Positions 8,352-17,493 of a DNA stretch of 31,815 nt are shown one piece after another. This DNA comes from a virus (Duplodnaviria > Caudoviricetes). Each line of letters opens with the position of its first letter. Position 1 is the stretch's first letter. The notes beneath the pieces were generated by a model. It had not been told where the DNA came from. It saw nothing but the letters and a program-made list of their open reading frames with translations, and did no database searches. The position numbers were made by a program, and so were the translations under genes. The stretch is from positions 1-31,815 of the IMG/VR virus record IMGVR_UViG_3300047301_000066. The stretch is one strand, 5' to 3'.

Positions 8352-9863
8352 TCAATTCGTTGGCCTGGTTTTGCCCCAGCCAGAAAATTCTATGTTTGCT
8401 ATCGGAGCAATACGTGTTCCGCCACCCGACCATGCTAGCTCCACGTCGGGCGCGTCACCACGTACGCTGCGCTGCATACGCCTAGACCGGTATTCACGCT
8501 CTACGAGTAACGCACTTACCGACCATACGTCCGTGCCAACGACCCTAGAGCCTTGTGGTGCTGGTACTGTAGCGGTACCCGTAGAGCCACGGCACTGGGA
8601 TTGCATTCTGACGCCTGCTCGGTCTCCGCCGATGGTGATTTCCCGCAGAACCGGGGACATCTTGGGAGAAGTTTCGATATTTTTGCACACGTACCCAACC
8701 GGGATAGACTCCAGTGGCGTTGGAACCGCACTAGTAGGAGTAAGACCTATGTCTACAGATCCCCACAACGCTACAACACCTACGTCCGTTAGGAGTATGT
8801 CCGTACCTTCGCTGTTCTTTAGGACACCAACGACGTTAAACGTAGAGCCACCAGTATAAGCGTTGCCCGTAGAATCCGCGCTAGGATAAATCCACGACGT
8901 TAAGCTAGAATCCAGATCGATTTGACAAACCCGTCCACCGATTGCTACGTAAAAACATGACTCTGCTGGAAATATCGCCCCTAGTCGGTAGTCACCCGCG
9001 GTGCCAGGCCCCACTGGAGCGGCCAAAGAACGCCTACGACGGTAATTGGTTAGGTCTCTGCGTTGAAAAGTTCCCAAAGATATCAGCCCGTCTTTGCACA
9101 ACCCCGCTGTGGTTCCACGTACGGTAGCTGCGTTATTGGGATAAGTGCCTTGATAGCCCGGTAGGCGTACTATTGACCCTTGGATCTGATAACCAGCCAG
9201 GGCATCAGGTGGAATTTGGTATGTAGCATCGGTGCAAACCACCACCAACGCCCCGCCTTCGCCTGCTTGAAACAAATCCAGCACTGTCCCGCCAAAACTT
9301 GCGGTATTTTGCCCGCAAATCGTGCGGGGTTCTGTGCCAGGGTCGTTTATGATGATTTGGTTGGCATACGCCCACACAAACCGGTCCGCAAAGCCACATA
9401 CACGACCAGGGAACAGCGTCAAGTCAGGGGTATCTGGGTTAATAGAGTCCACCGCTCTAGCACGCACCAGGGTACCGCCTATGAAGCCCCACAACGGAAA
9501 TGGTAAGCCGGGAGAATTCACTACAATTTGATTATAGTTGATTGCTACGCTAAAAGGAGTACGACTAGCTAGTTGACCTATTGTGTAAGACCCTAGGCAC
9601 TCCATTTCGTCTGAATAAACCCACCCAGTGCACTCGTTTACGGCGTCAACAGAGAACAAATAATGGAATACTTCGCCGGTGTTGGCGGATTCACAAGAAA
9701 ACCCACTTACTATAGCAGTTTGGGTACCAGCGGCCGTACGGGGAGTGACAACTCCAAGGTCCTCGACCCGCAATATAGTTTTCAGGCCGGGTCTGGTTTG
9801 CAGTCCCTCTGGCCCACTGACTACGTTGTGGAGTTCAGATTCGTTTATCAGGTTAATTTCCAT
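8352..9863 (-). CDS. putative tail tubular B / nozzle protein (T7 gp12 or P22 gp10-like)
   Basis: N-terminal NVV..PEGLQTRPG motif, FADRFVWA, beta-strand-rich 503 aa. Confidence 0.6.
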   Translation of the reverse strand: MEINLINESELHNVVSGPEGLQTRPGLKTILRVEDLGVVTPRTAAGTQTAIVSGFSCESANTGEVFHYLFSVDAVNECTGWVYSDEMECLGSYTIGQLASRTPFSVAINYNQIVVNSPGLPFPLWGFIGGTLVRARAVDSINPDTPDLTLFPGRVCGFADRFVWAYANQIIINDPGTEPRTICGQNTASFGGTVLDLFQAGEGGALVVVCTDATYQIPPDALAGYQIQGSIVRLPGYQGTYPNNAATVRGTTAGLCKDGLISLGTFQRRDLTNYRRRRSLAAPVGPGTAGDYRLGAIFPAESCFYVAIGGRVCQIDLDSSLTSWIYPSADSTGNAYTGGSTFNVVGVLKNSEGTDILLTDVGVVALWGSVDIGLTPTSAVPTPLESIPVGYVCKNIETSPKMSPVLREITIGGDRAGVRMQSQCRGSTGTATVPAPQGSRVVGTDVWSVSALLVEREYRSRRMQRSVRGDAPDVELAWSGGGTRIAPIANIEFSGWGKTRPTN

Positions 9864-9885
9864 ATCTTACCGAACCCAGCACCCG
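9864..9885 (-). promoter_or_regulatory. putative phage promoter motif (CGGGTG-N10-TAAG), leaderless
   Basis: Minus strand reads CGGGTG ctgggttcgg TAAG at ATG(9863). Confidence 0.65.
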
Positions 9886-9896
9886 GCGACAGCCCC

Positions 9897-9919
9897 CGGG
9901 TTAGCCGACCCACAAGTCT
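9897..9919 (+). promoter_or_regulatory. putative phage promoter motif (CGGGTT-N10-CAAG), leaderless
   Basis: CGGGTT agccgaccca CAAG tct ATG(9920); no Shine-Dalgarno. Confidence 0.65.
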
Positions 9920-10285
9920 ATGGACCCATATTCACCCGACGAAGACTCTAGCCTGACGGACGAAGAGCGCCAACTTATCCGCCAAATCGAAAACTCCCAG
10001 ACTAGTGACGACTGGGGTAATATGCTTGGTACAGGTGCTGGCCTAGCGGCGGGTGGTGTGGCTACGGCGTTAACGGGTGGGGCCGCAGCTCCACTGATTC
10101 CAGTAATCGGTGGAATTGGCGGGCAAATCGGTGCTTTAATCGGCGGCAATATCGGTGCTGGCCAGGCTAACTCGGCGTCCAACCAACTTGCCGACCTACA
10201 AAAGAAAAAGAATTCACGCAGCCTAGAGCAAGAAGCTCGTCAGCGCGCGTTCTCAACGTTGCTCGGTAAGTACTCTAGTTTTTGA
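9920..10285 (+). CDS. glycine-zipper protein, candidate pilot or ejection protein
   Basis: Hydrophobic G/A-rich segment GAGLAAGG...IGGIGGQIGALIGG followed by a Q/K-rich helix. Confidence 0.55.
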   Translation: MDPYSPDEDSSLTDEERQLIRQIENSQTSDDWGNMLGTGAGLAAGGVATALTGGAAAPLIPVIGGIGGQIGALIGGNIGAGQANSASNQLADLQKKKNSRSLEQEARQRAFSTLLGKYSSF

Positions 10286-10299
10286 TACGGAGGTTATAG

Positions 10300-10818
10300 A
10301 TGCCAATTACAAATGGTAGCGTAATAACTGCCGCCAACTTAGATGATATCTACACCACTGGGCTAGCTACGTTGCGTACCAACACGGCCGCTAATGTGGC
10401 TCGTAAACAATACACCGTAACCTTTCGATTTAACCAAATCAAATCTACCACAGCCGAGCACCTCCGCACCAAAGTGTGGGTACCGCGGACTGACGTAGTT
10501 ATACGTAATGCCCGCATTAGCGCTGTATCAGTAACGGCAGGGCTGGTATGCACAGTAGAAATCCCCGCACAAATTGTATCCCGGGAACGCATTGTAGGTG
10601 GGAATCTACCGTATTCGCTGGTAGGATCCGCTACTACATCGGCTACCGTTAATGCAGGCGTGGGTCAGGTCTCTAGCATATCAGGCACCGCGTTGTCTAC
10701 ATCAGAACGAGTAGTCGCCCTAGCCGGTGATAATATCGAAATTATCGTTGCAGCTCCTACAACCACCGAGTGTGGGATATGGGTTACGTTACTGGTCGAA
10801 ACTGTACTGGGAGAGTAA
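10300..10818 (+). CDS. putative virion structural protein
   Basis: GGAGG RBS; N-terminal ITNGSVITAANLD resembles fibre-anchor motifs; beta-rich. Confidence 0.6.
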   Translation: MPITNGSVITAANLDDIYTTGLATLRTNTAANVARKQYTVTFRFNQIKSTTAEHLRTKVWVPRTDVVIRNARISAVSVTAGLVCTVEIPAQIVSRERIVGGNLPYSLVGSATTSATVNAGVGQVSSISGTALSTSERVVALAGDNIEIIVAAPTTTECGIWVTLLVETVLGE

Positions 10819-11849
10819 TGTATATCGCACCACGCCCACCCTTTAGGTTTGCTACAGGAGACGTACTAGCTCCTAGTGACGTCAATACAAATAACAACTA
10901 TTTCCTCCAGGCTGCTAGTGCAGTAGACGCCGAGCGCGCTGTGCTTTGGTCGAGTTCTTATAGTTTACCTGTGGATGCATTTACTCCGCTTACTAGTGCG
11001 TCGGATGCAGCGTATTTAACTCGTGGAATTCCTCCGCAGTCATTCCGCACCATAAGTGGTACTGGGTCTATTACGGGCATTTCAGCTGCTGTTACAACGT
11101 ACTACACTGCTAGCGTGCCATTTACTCTAACGGTTTATCCCGGTCACGCCGGTGCCATTACTATCACATTTCCCGCAAGAGCTGCTGCATATGCGCTGGT
11201 GCCTTATACGGTTACAGAACTTTTCAACGTTAATTTAACTACCGAGACCGCTGCGTTAGTACTGGCTCCGAGTGTTGGGGCGTCCATTACCGTGATGGAC
11301 GTTGAACTCGGCTGGAGAGCTGATCGATATGTTTCAGGCGATCTCGCCGGCGCTGTGGCTACTCCGTCAATACCAGAAACCCTGGGGGATTTCACAGATG
11401 CTACGATTGGATCGGCAGCAGTATTTAGCGGTCTACAGTCCACCATTGAAGCCCTGGCTACTGCTGTACGTAAAGGTGCTCCATGTCGGTGGGCTGCGTG
11501 TGAACTGGTAAATATCTTCGATACCGCAACCGCCCAGTTCCGCCGAGTGCCTCTAGGGGCATACGACACTCCTGCATTTGGTCCCGTAGAACTCGCTCCT
11601 AGTGTGGTTGGCGTTTACGTAGATGCCGTGTATAGCGCGTCCGGTGGTACAGTTAGTTACGGAGTGGCAGACTTTAACGGTACTTTTACTGCGAAATTCA
11701 ACAACGTTGCACTGGCTTCTACGATACTCCAGTCAGGTGTTATTGCAGCTGCGGGTGCGTTTCAACTAACTACAGATTTCGCTGCTCAAATCACGGTGCC
11801 TGCGGGTAGGTCTTTGACCAGAGCAACCATATACGTTATTTTTCAATAA
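10818..11849 (+). CDS. putative virion structural protein with two repeated domains
   Basis: TAATG coupling gives start 10818; N-terminal FATGDVLAPSDVNTN; A/T/S-rich. Confidence 0.6.
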   Translation: MYIAPRPPFRFATGDVLAPSDVNTNNNYFLQAASAVDAERAVLWSSSYSLPVDAFTPLTSASDAAYLTRGIPPQSFRTISGTGSITGISAAVTTYYTASVPFTLTVYPGHAGAITITFPARAAAYALVPYTVTELFNVNLTTETAALVLAPSVGASITVMDVELGWRADRYVSGDLAGAVATPSIPETLGDFTDATIGSAAVFSGLQSTIEALATAVRKGAPCRWAACELVNIFDTATAQFRRVPLGAYDTPAFGPVELAPSVVGVYVDAVYSASGGTVSYGVADFNGTFTAKFNNVALASTILQSGVIAAAGAFQLTTDFAAQITVPAGRSLTRATIYVIFQ

Positions 11850-11858
11850 GGATCCTAA

Positions 11859-13001
11859 GTGGCTATCTACAATATAAATAAACTTCCAAAGAAAGGGGAC
11901 AAGCGCGCTCCTGGCTTTACTAGCGCTCAAGGCTTGGCTGCCCAAGTAGCTAAGCAGCAAATTTCTAAAGAATTTACTCCTGCTGCGGCCGCAGCCAATC
12001 CAGTTATTCCAGTGACAGCGCCTCCGAAGCCTGCTCCAGTCGAGCCTAAGGTACCAGGATATGTGTTGCCGCCGATGACTGGTGGTATTGAGGCCAAGCA
12101 ATTTGACCCTGGTGATCCAAATGCTAGAAACCTCAGCCAGGCCGCACAAGACTCTATTGCGTCTAAAAGTGACATATCTGGCCGGGTTGCTCCCCCGGCT
12201 CCCCCGGCTCCCCCGGCTCCCGCTCCAGCTGTCCTCACAGGAGGGTTGGTTGATGCAGCCGTTGCTGCCACCAGCACAGATCCTCGTTTAAATCCAGTGG
12301 GCCCCAAAGTTGGCGCCCCTATCAAAACCAACGCACAACTTCAAGAAGAAGCAATTCGTCGATTACTAGAAGGTACTCCTGACGCCGCAGCCGAACGCAA
12401 AGCTATGCAGGATCAACTTGCTGTTAATCAAGCTCGGGATATCCAGTCCATCCGCGCTCGCACGGGCCTAGGTGGCATGGGTCTAACTGGTGCTGCTGGT
12501 GCTCTAGAGTCTCAAGTCCGGCAAGAAACTGGCCGAGAATCTACGTCTCAACTTGCTGAGTTCGACCGGGCTAATCGCAAGGAAGCTGCCGAACGCGCTC
12601 TCGCGGGTATTCAAGCTGAACGTGGTTCACAAGTCTATAACGCTGAAGTTAAATTGTACGAGTCTGAAGCTGATATCGATATCGATGGCGACGGTATGAT
12701 TAACGGTCAACGCGTAGAAGGCATTGTTGGTGACGGCAACGCCGAGAATAATCCTGCTGGCGCATCAAAAGAAACTCCTGAGCAAAAAGCTGCTCGCCTA
12801 GACGCAGAACGGGTTGCTAAGCGGGAAGAGGCAGATGGCATGGAACTCCGTAACAGCCAGTGGGCTGGTGATCCAAAGGTCGATGGCGTACGGGTTGGCG
12901 GTGTGAATTACGATATCTACACTGACAACAACGGGAAAAAATATAAAGTTCGCAGTTGGGATCAAAACCGCGCGGACACTGTCTATACTAACTTAGGCTG
13001 A
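11859..13001 (+). CDS. putative internal virion / ejection protein
   Basis: Pro/Ala-rich N-half, helical core with RARTGLGGMGLTGAAGALE, and a DIDGDG motif. Confidence 0.55.
   Translation: MAIYNINKLPKKGDKRAPGFTSAQGLAAQVAKQQISKEFTPAAAAANPVIPVTAPPKPAPVEPKVPGYVLPPMTGGIEAKQFDPGDPNARNLSQAAQDSIASKSDISGRVAPPAPPAPPAPAPAVLTGGLVDAAVAATSTDPRLNPVGPKVGAPIKTNAQLQEEAIRRLLEGTPDAAAERKAMQDQLAVNQARDIQSIRARTGLGGMGLTGAAGALESQVRQETGRESTSQLAEFDRANRKEAAERALAGIQAERGSQVYNAEVKLYESEADIDIDGDGMINGQRVEGIVGDGNAENNPAGASKETPEQKAARLDAERVAKREEADGMELRNSQWAGDPKVDGVRVGGVNYDIYTDNNGKKYKVRSWDQNRADTVYTNLG
12189..12215 (+). repeat. in-frame 9-bp tandem repeat GCTCCCCCG x3
   Basis: Three exact copies encoding APP APP APP. Confidence 0.9.
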
Positions 13002-13011
13002 GGGTAAAAAA

Positions 13012-15210
13012 ATGGGTATCGGAAATTACTTGATGACTCGTATGGCGCTCCGCAAGGGCGTCCAAGACACTGACCTGGAACTAGAGCGCCAGCGCGCAGC
13101 CCGTGAAGCTGCCCTGACGGCGGGCAACCTAGGACTGGTCACTAGCCTAGGTAAGTCCATTACCAGTGGTATTCTGGATGCTGGCGAACTGGCAGACGCA
13201 GCCTATAAAGAAGACCTCGCCAAAACTGACGCCACAGCTGCTCAGGCCGCTGCTAATAGGGCGCTGGAAGAAGAAGCCCTGACCGTACCAGACGTAGAGG
13301 AGCGACCTCGTGTAAATGAGGCCGCTACTGCTGCAGAGTTTCCAGTGCAAGAAAGCCTGCCGTGGCGTGACTTGGTTCAACCCAAGGCACCCGCTGACGC
13401 CAATCCAGATGCGCAAGCAGATGATATGTCTATAAACCAGCTCACGGTCGTAAAAAACCCCAAAACCCCCAAGCCTAGCACGGCGGTTGATGCCATGCCT
13501 TCTGCGAAAGAAAAAAAAGAACAACTTGACCTTAGCTTGGCCATGTTGGACGAAAGCCTTGACCCACGAGATAAAAAGTCCGCGGCTATCCTAAGGGAAA
13601 CTCTTGCAAAAAGAGGTGTGGATGACGCTTGGCTAATGGCATATATGGGAGGGGCTCCGCTACCTGAACTACCGGGCAAGCAGTCCTATACTCAGCGCGA
13701 CTTCGGCAATGATAATCCTAAGAAAATAATCACACATCGCTACCAGATGCCTACAGAGCAAAAGCTTCCGCAGCTCCAACTGTCAGAAGAGGTCGTCCAA
13801 CCCCCAGTGCAAGAAAGCTTGCCGTGGGATAAGTTGCCACAACCAGAAGCTCCCAAAGTAAACGTAACCAAACCGGCCGTTTCAAAGGCACTTGAGGAAA
13901 AAGCTCCTCTGATTACCAAATTTACCCCTCCAAAATTCAGGAAAGATCCTCGTGTATTGGCTACTCAGATCGTTGAGGAAGCTTATGCACGGCGTCCCGT
14001 CGGCAATCCTTTGACTGAATTCTTCAATAAAAATCATACAGCTGCCGCCAAACAAGCTGCTATTGAATCTACGTTGGGCTCTATTTTAGCTACTCGCAAG
14101 ACTGCCATTAAAGACTCGTTTGAACGGTGGCATTCAGAGCAAAAACTTGTCTTGGACGAAGAATCTCTAGACTCAAAGATAAAGCTAGCTGCAGCACAGG
14201 CTGAACTAGCTGATGCAAAGGCGAAGAAAACTACTCTAGATGTGTCGGTTAAAAAACCTATCTCCAGCAAGGACCGTGATAAGCTAGACTCTTATCGCCA
14301 GGCCCACATCGTTGGTCGCAGGCTCACTCGGGCAGGAAAGCGTCTGACGTTTAAAATGGATGACAACGACCAGTACATACTTGATGCCAATGGCAAAAAG
14401 ATGCCTGGGGATGGAATTCCACTAGGCGTTATGCGTGAAATCGCGAAGGCGGAAATTGAATCCATTGGTAGCATCGCTAGCGTGCCTACATCCACAACCA
14501 CAATAGGTGGCGGCGGCGGTGCGGGTGGAGATGCAGGCATTCCTGGTGTGGCCAAAGTTGGCGCCAACCTAGAGGCCAGAGGACAAACGCAAACCACTGG
14601 CGGCGGGCCTGTATTGGACGCGGAAAAGTTTAAGGAAGCTCTTGCCCGTGTCGATATGACTAACCTGACAAAAGATCAAAAAGATTTCGTCAACCAGTAC
14701 CTGCAGACAGTGCAAACCATCGGTAAAGTAAAGGAAGGCGGCAAGATGACAGACAAAGATCTAGTCGGACACGCCAAGGCCTTGATTAACCAAGCAGATC
14801 CTGGGTTGGCTATGCGCCAAGTCAACGAACTTCTTGAAGATAACGCACTTGGTTACAAGCTCAACCGGGCAAGTATTGCGGCCAGCGTTACTAGTGGAGT
14901 CGAGGATATTTACGCAAAAGAGCTAGAACAAGAAGACCTGTATTTTACCAAAGAAGAAATGGATGCTGCCCATGAAGCAGACTTTAGTGCTACTGAGGCG
15001 TGGCGTCAGCAAAACCAGCCCCGCCAGCCGGGCGATACCAATCGTGCCAAAGCTAGTGCTTTACTTGATGACATTAATAAAAAAATAGACGAGGCTACCA
15101 AGGCAGGCAATGCAAGTGAGGTGGATCGATTGCGTAAAATGGCCGCTGATGCCCTTGCTAGACAGCGTGCGGGTGGGAAAAAGCCTAAGCCTGCTGCAGA
15201 TGCATATTAA
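13012..15210 (+). CDS. putative internal virion / ejection protein (732 aa)
   Basis: Long, charged, helical and Cys-free; lies in a cluster of similar genes. Confidence 0.55.
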   Translation: MGIGNYLMTRMALRKGVQDTDLELERQRAAREAALTAGNLGLVTSLGKSITSGILDAGELADAAYKEDLAKTDATAAQAAANRALEEEALTVPDVEERPRVNEAATAAEFPVQESLPWRDLVQPKAPADANPDAQADDMSINQLTVVKNPKTPKPSTAVDAMPSAKEKKEQLDLSLAMLDESLDPRDKKSAAILRETLAKRGVDDAWLMAYMGGAPLPELPGKQSYTQRDFGNDNPKKIITHRYQMPTEQKLPQLQLSEEVVQPPVQESLPWDKLPQPEAPKVNVTKPAVSKALEEKAPLITKFTPPKFRKDPRVLATQIVEEAYARRPVGNPLTEFFNKNHTAAAKQAAIESTLGSILATRKTAIKDSFERWHSEQKLVLDEESLDSKIKLAAAQAELADAKAKKTTLDVSVKKPISSKDRDKLDSYRQAHIVGRRLTRAGKRLTFKMDDNDQYILDANGKKMPGDGIPLGVMREIAKAEIESIGSIASVPTSTTTIGGGGGAGGDAGIPGVAKVGANLEARGQTQTTGGGPVLDAEKFKEALARVDMTNLTKDQKDFVNQYLQTVQTIGKVKEGGKMTDKDLVGHAKALINQADPGLAMRQVNELLEDNALGYKLNRASIAASVTSGVEDIYAKELEQEDLYFTKEEMDAAHEADFSATEAWRQQNQPRQPGDTNRAKASALLDDINKKIDEATKAGNASEVDRLRKMAADALARQRAGGKKPKPAADAY

Positions 15211-15219
15211 GGAGTAACC

Positions 15220-16482
15220 GTGGAATTTGAGTACGAGATTAAAGATACCGATACCGGCGAAGTCAAAAAACTAAAGGTTCCTGCTGCGAAAGTAGCGGCT
15301 GCTGAAGCACACTGGGCTAAGAACGGCTACACAGTAGTCAGCAAGCGGGACCTATCCGGGCCAGCGCCTGTAGTAAGTCCGTCGCCTGTCGGCCCTGACG
15401 CAGATATAATTAATCAAGCAACCAAAGAAGTAGGCGACGTAGGTATGCGCTCTTCATTGATGGGCGGCATATTGCAAGGCATCAGCCTCGGAGCCGAAGA
15501 CGAAGTACAAATATTTGGGCCACAAACTCCCCAAGAAAAAGAGCTTCTTCGTAAGCGGCAGGAAGCCGAAAATCCCGTTACGTTTGGTGCCGGAAAAATC
15601 GTAGGTGGACTTGCGCCGGGTGTAGCTGCAGGCGGTAGTGGTGCGTACTTGGGAGGACTCGCAGGTGGTGCGATTGGTGGCATGGCCGGTGGAATCGGGG
15701 CTCTTCCAGGTGCCGCTATAGGCGCTTTAGCAGGGGGTGTCCTTGGTGCTGGCGGAGCTGGCACTGCAGAGTCTTATTTGAACAAACCACAGGCCACTCG
15801 TGAATTAGAATGGTCTGACGCGGGTTGGGGTATCGTAAGTGGGCTGCTAAATGCAGCTGGCGACGTAGCTGCTCCAGTTTTACGTAAAGTTAAGTCTACT
15901 ATTTCCAGTAAAATCCTTGGAGACGCCGTCAAAGCTGGCACGCCAGAGGCCTTAGATCTAGCCGCCAAGGGACTTAATGCGGAGATAGCTCAAATAGACT
16001 CCCAATTAACCACGCTAGGAAAAGAATTGGCCCGCAGGCGCTCAGAGATGTTAGCCGCCCCCGGCAACAACACGCTGAAAGAAACTTTCAAACTGGCGGA
16101 AGACAAGTTGACGAAATTAATGGGCCGAAAGGCAGACTTGGTCAAATCCCTAGAGGCTACTCTGAACGATCCCCTATTGAATGCTACTGGCCGTACCGCC
16201 GTTGGCGTAGCAGGTGGCTCAGCTCTACGGGCAATTCCTGGTGAGCTCAGTGACGAACAGCAACGTGCAGCACTAGAAAGGCAAGCGATGGATCTTGCTG
16301 TTGCACGACTGAGTACCCCTAAGCCCATTGTTGGAGCAGGCGAAACCGAGCCAGGTTTTATCGATGACTCTTTTTTGAACGAGGATGACTTGCTTGCCAT
16401 ACGCCAAGAAGAAGAGCGGATCCGCCAGGAGCAGCGTAAAGATAGAAAATACCAAGACTTGCTAAGAGGTGACCGCCCATGA
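15220..16482 (+). CDS. putative DNA ejection protein with long glycine zipper
   Basis: AAGGAG RBS; QGISLGAEDEV...ENPVTFGAGKIVGG, then a GxxxG tract of about 60 aa and a coiled coil. Confidence 0.6.
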   Translation: MEFEYEIKDTDTGEVKKLKVPAAKVAAAEAHWAKNGYTVVSKRDLSGPAPVVSPSPVGPDADIINQATKEVGDVGMRSSLMGGILQGISLGAEDEVQIFGPQTPQEKELLRKRQEAENPVTFGAGKIVGGLAPGVAAGGSGAYLGGLAGGAIGGMAGGIGALPGAAIGALAGGVLGAGGAGTAESYLNKPQATRELEWSDAGWGIVSGLLNAAGDVAAPVLRKVKSTISSKILGDAVKAGTPEALDLAAKGLNAEIAQIDSQLTTLGKELARRRSEMLAAPGNNTLKETFKLAEDKLTKLMGRKADLVKSLEATLNDPLLNATGRTAVGVAGGSALRAIPGELSDEQQRAALERQAMDLAVARLSTPKPIVGAGETEPGFIDDSFLNEDDLLAIRQEEERIRQEQRKDRKYQDLLRGDRP

Positions 16483-17492
16483 CCCCTGAAGAAAAAAGAG
16501 CGAAAATGCGTGAACTCCTTAAGTGGAAGCAAGAAGCCTCAGACGAAGCGCAGGTAGCCATGGATCTAGACAAGCCTACGTCCCTAGGGGAAATGATTGA
16601 CGTTGCTGGTACTGCGGGGCTAACCGCAGTCACGGGTAATTGGGCGGACGAAGTCGCGGCTGAAGCAGGTGACCTTAGCGATGAAGAAACTCGGTTAATG
16701 CGCATGGAACTGGACGCTCGCCGTAATCGTAATGTAGGTAATGCCGCTGCTGGGTTAGCGGGTGACGTAATAGGGTCATTGGCCCTACCGGTCGTCAAAG
16801 CTGGCAAGGCGGGACTGGCCATAGCTGGGGCTGTGTCGGGCGCTGGTGGAGGTGAAGACCCGGGGTCACGTACGTTAGGGGCGGCCCTAGGTGCGCTGCT
16901 AGGACTCGCTCCTGCTGCGGGCAAAGCGGTTCTCAACAAACTCACGGGTAATGCCGCGGCTAAAAAAGAAGCTGAGGCCCTGATTAAACAATACGCTCAA
17001 GAAACACCAGTGGCTGCCCCGCAAGGAACTGTAGCGGACGTAGGTCTGCTAGAATCTTTGAAAAATAAACTGGGTCTAGGTCCTAAGCCTAAGCCCATTG
17101 ACATACCCGTGGGGCCTGCTAGGGAAATGCCTGGTGAAGTATTTGACCCTGCGGCAGACGCTGCAGTAGTAGTCAGAGGCCCGGGTCTACCTGTAGCTGC
17201 TGGTATCGAAGGCGGTCAAGCCTTGCCCGGTAACGTAAATTTGGACCCTGCTTTGCCTGTTGGTCCCGAACAGCGTGCAGTCAATGAAGCTCTGGCCCGG
17301 TTTGCACCCGCTAGACAAGAACTCGGTGTCGGAGGCGCGCAAAATCCTGTATTAACCGAGGCCATAAAGCAAGCAGATGAATTCAAACGCTTAGCTGGTA
17401 GGGAATTTACCCCAGGCGAGTACCGCGAACTCGTGCAGCTTAAAGTTCAGCAAATTTTGTCGGGTCCTAGACCCCCTAGACTAGAGGATTAA
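16479..17492 (+). CDS. putative DNA ejection protein, related to the preceding gene
   Basis: ATGA coupling; AVTGNWADEV...AAAGLAGDVIGS and GxxxG tracts. Confidence 0.55.
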   Translation: MTPEEKRAKMRELLKWKQEASDEAQVAMDLDKPTSLGEMIDVAGTAGLTAVTGNWADEVAAEAGDLSDEETRLMRMELDARRNRNVGNAAAGLAGDVIGSLALPVVKAGKAGLAIAGAVSGAGGGEDPGSRTLGAALGALLGLAPAAGKAVLNKLTGNAAAKKEAEALIKQYAQETPVAAPQGTVADVGLLESLKNKLGLGPKPKPIDIPVGPAREMPGEVFDPAADAAVVVRGPGLPVAAGIEGGQALPGNVNLDPALPVGPEQRAVNEALARFAPARQELGVGGAQNPVLTEAIKQADEFKRLAGREFTPGEYRELVQLKVQQILSGPRPPRLED

Positions 17493-17493
17493 T

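Noticed and set aside
6882-9863. Recombinase-driven invertible tail segment
   Set aside because: No inverted repeats seen at the ends and no invertase in the window; the block has its own promoter-like motif.
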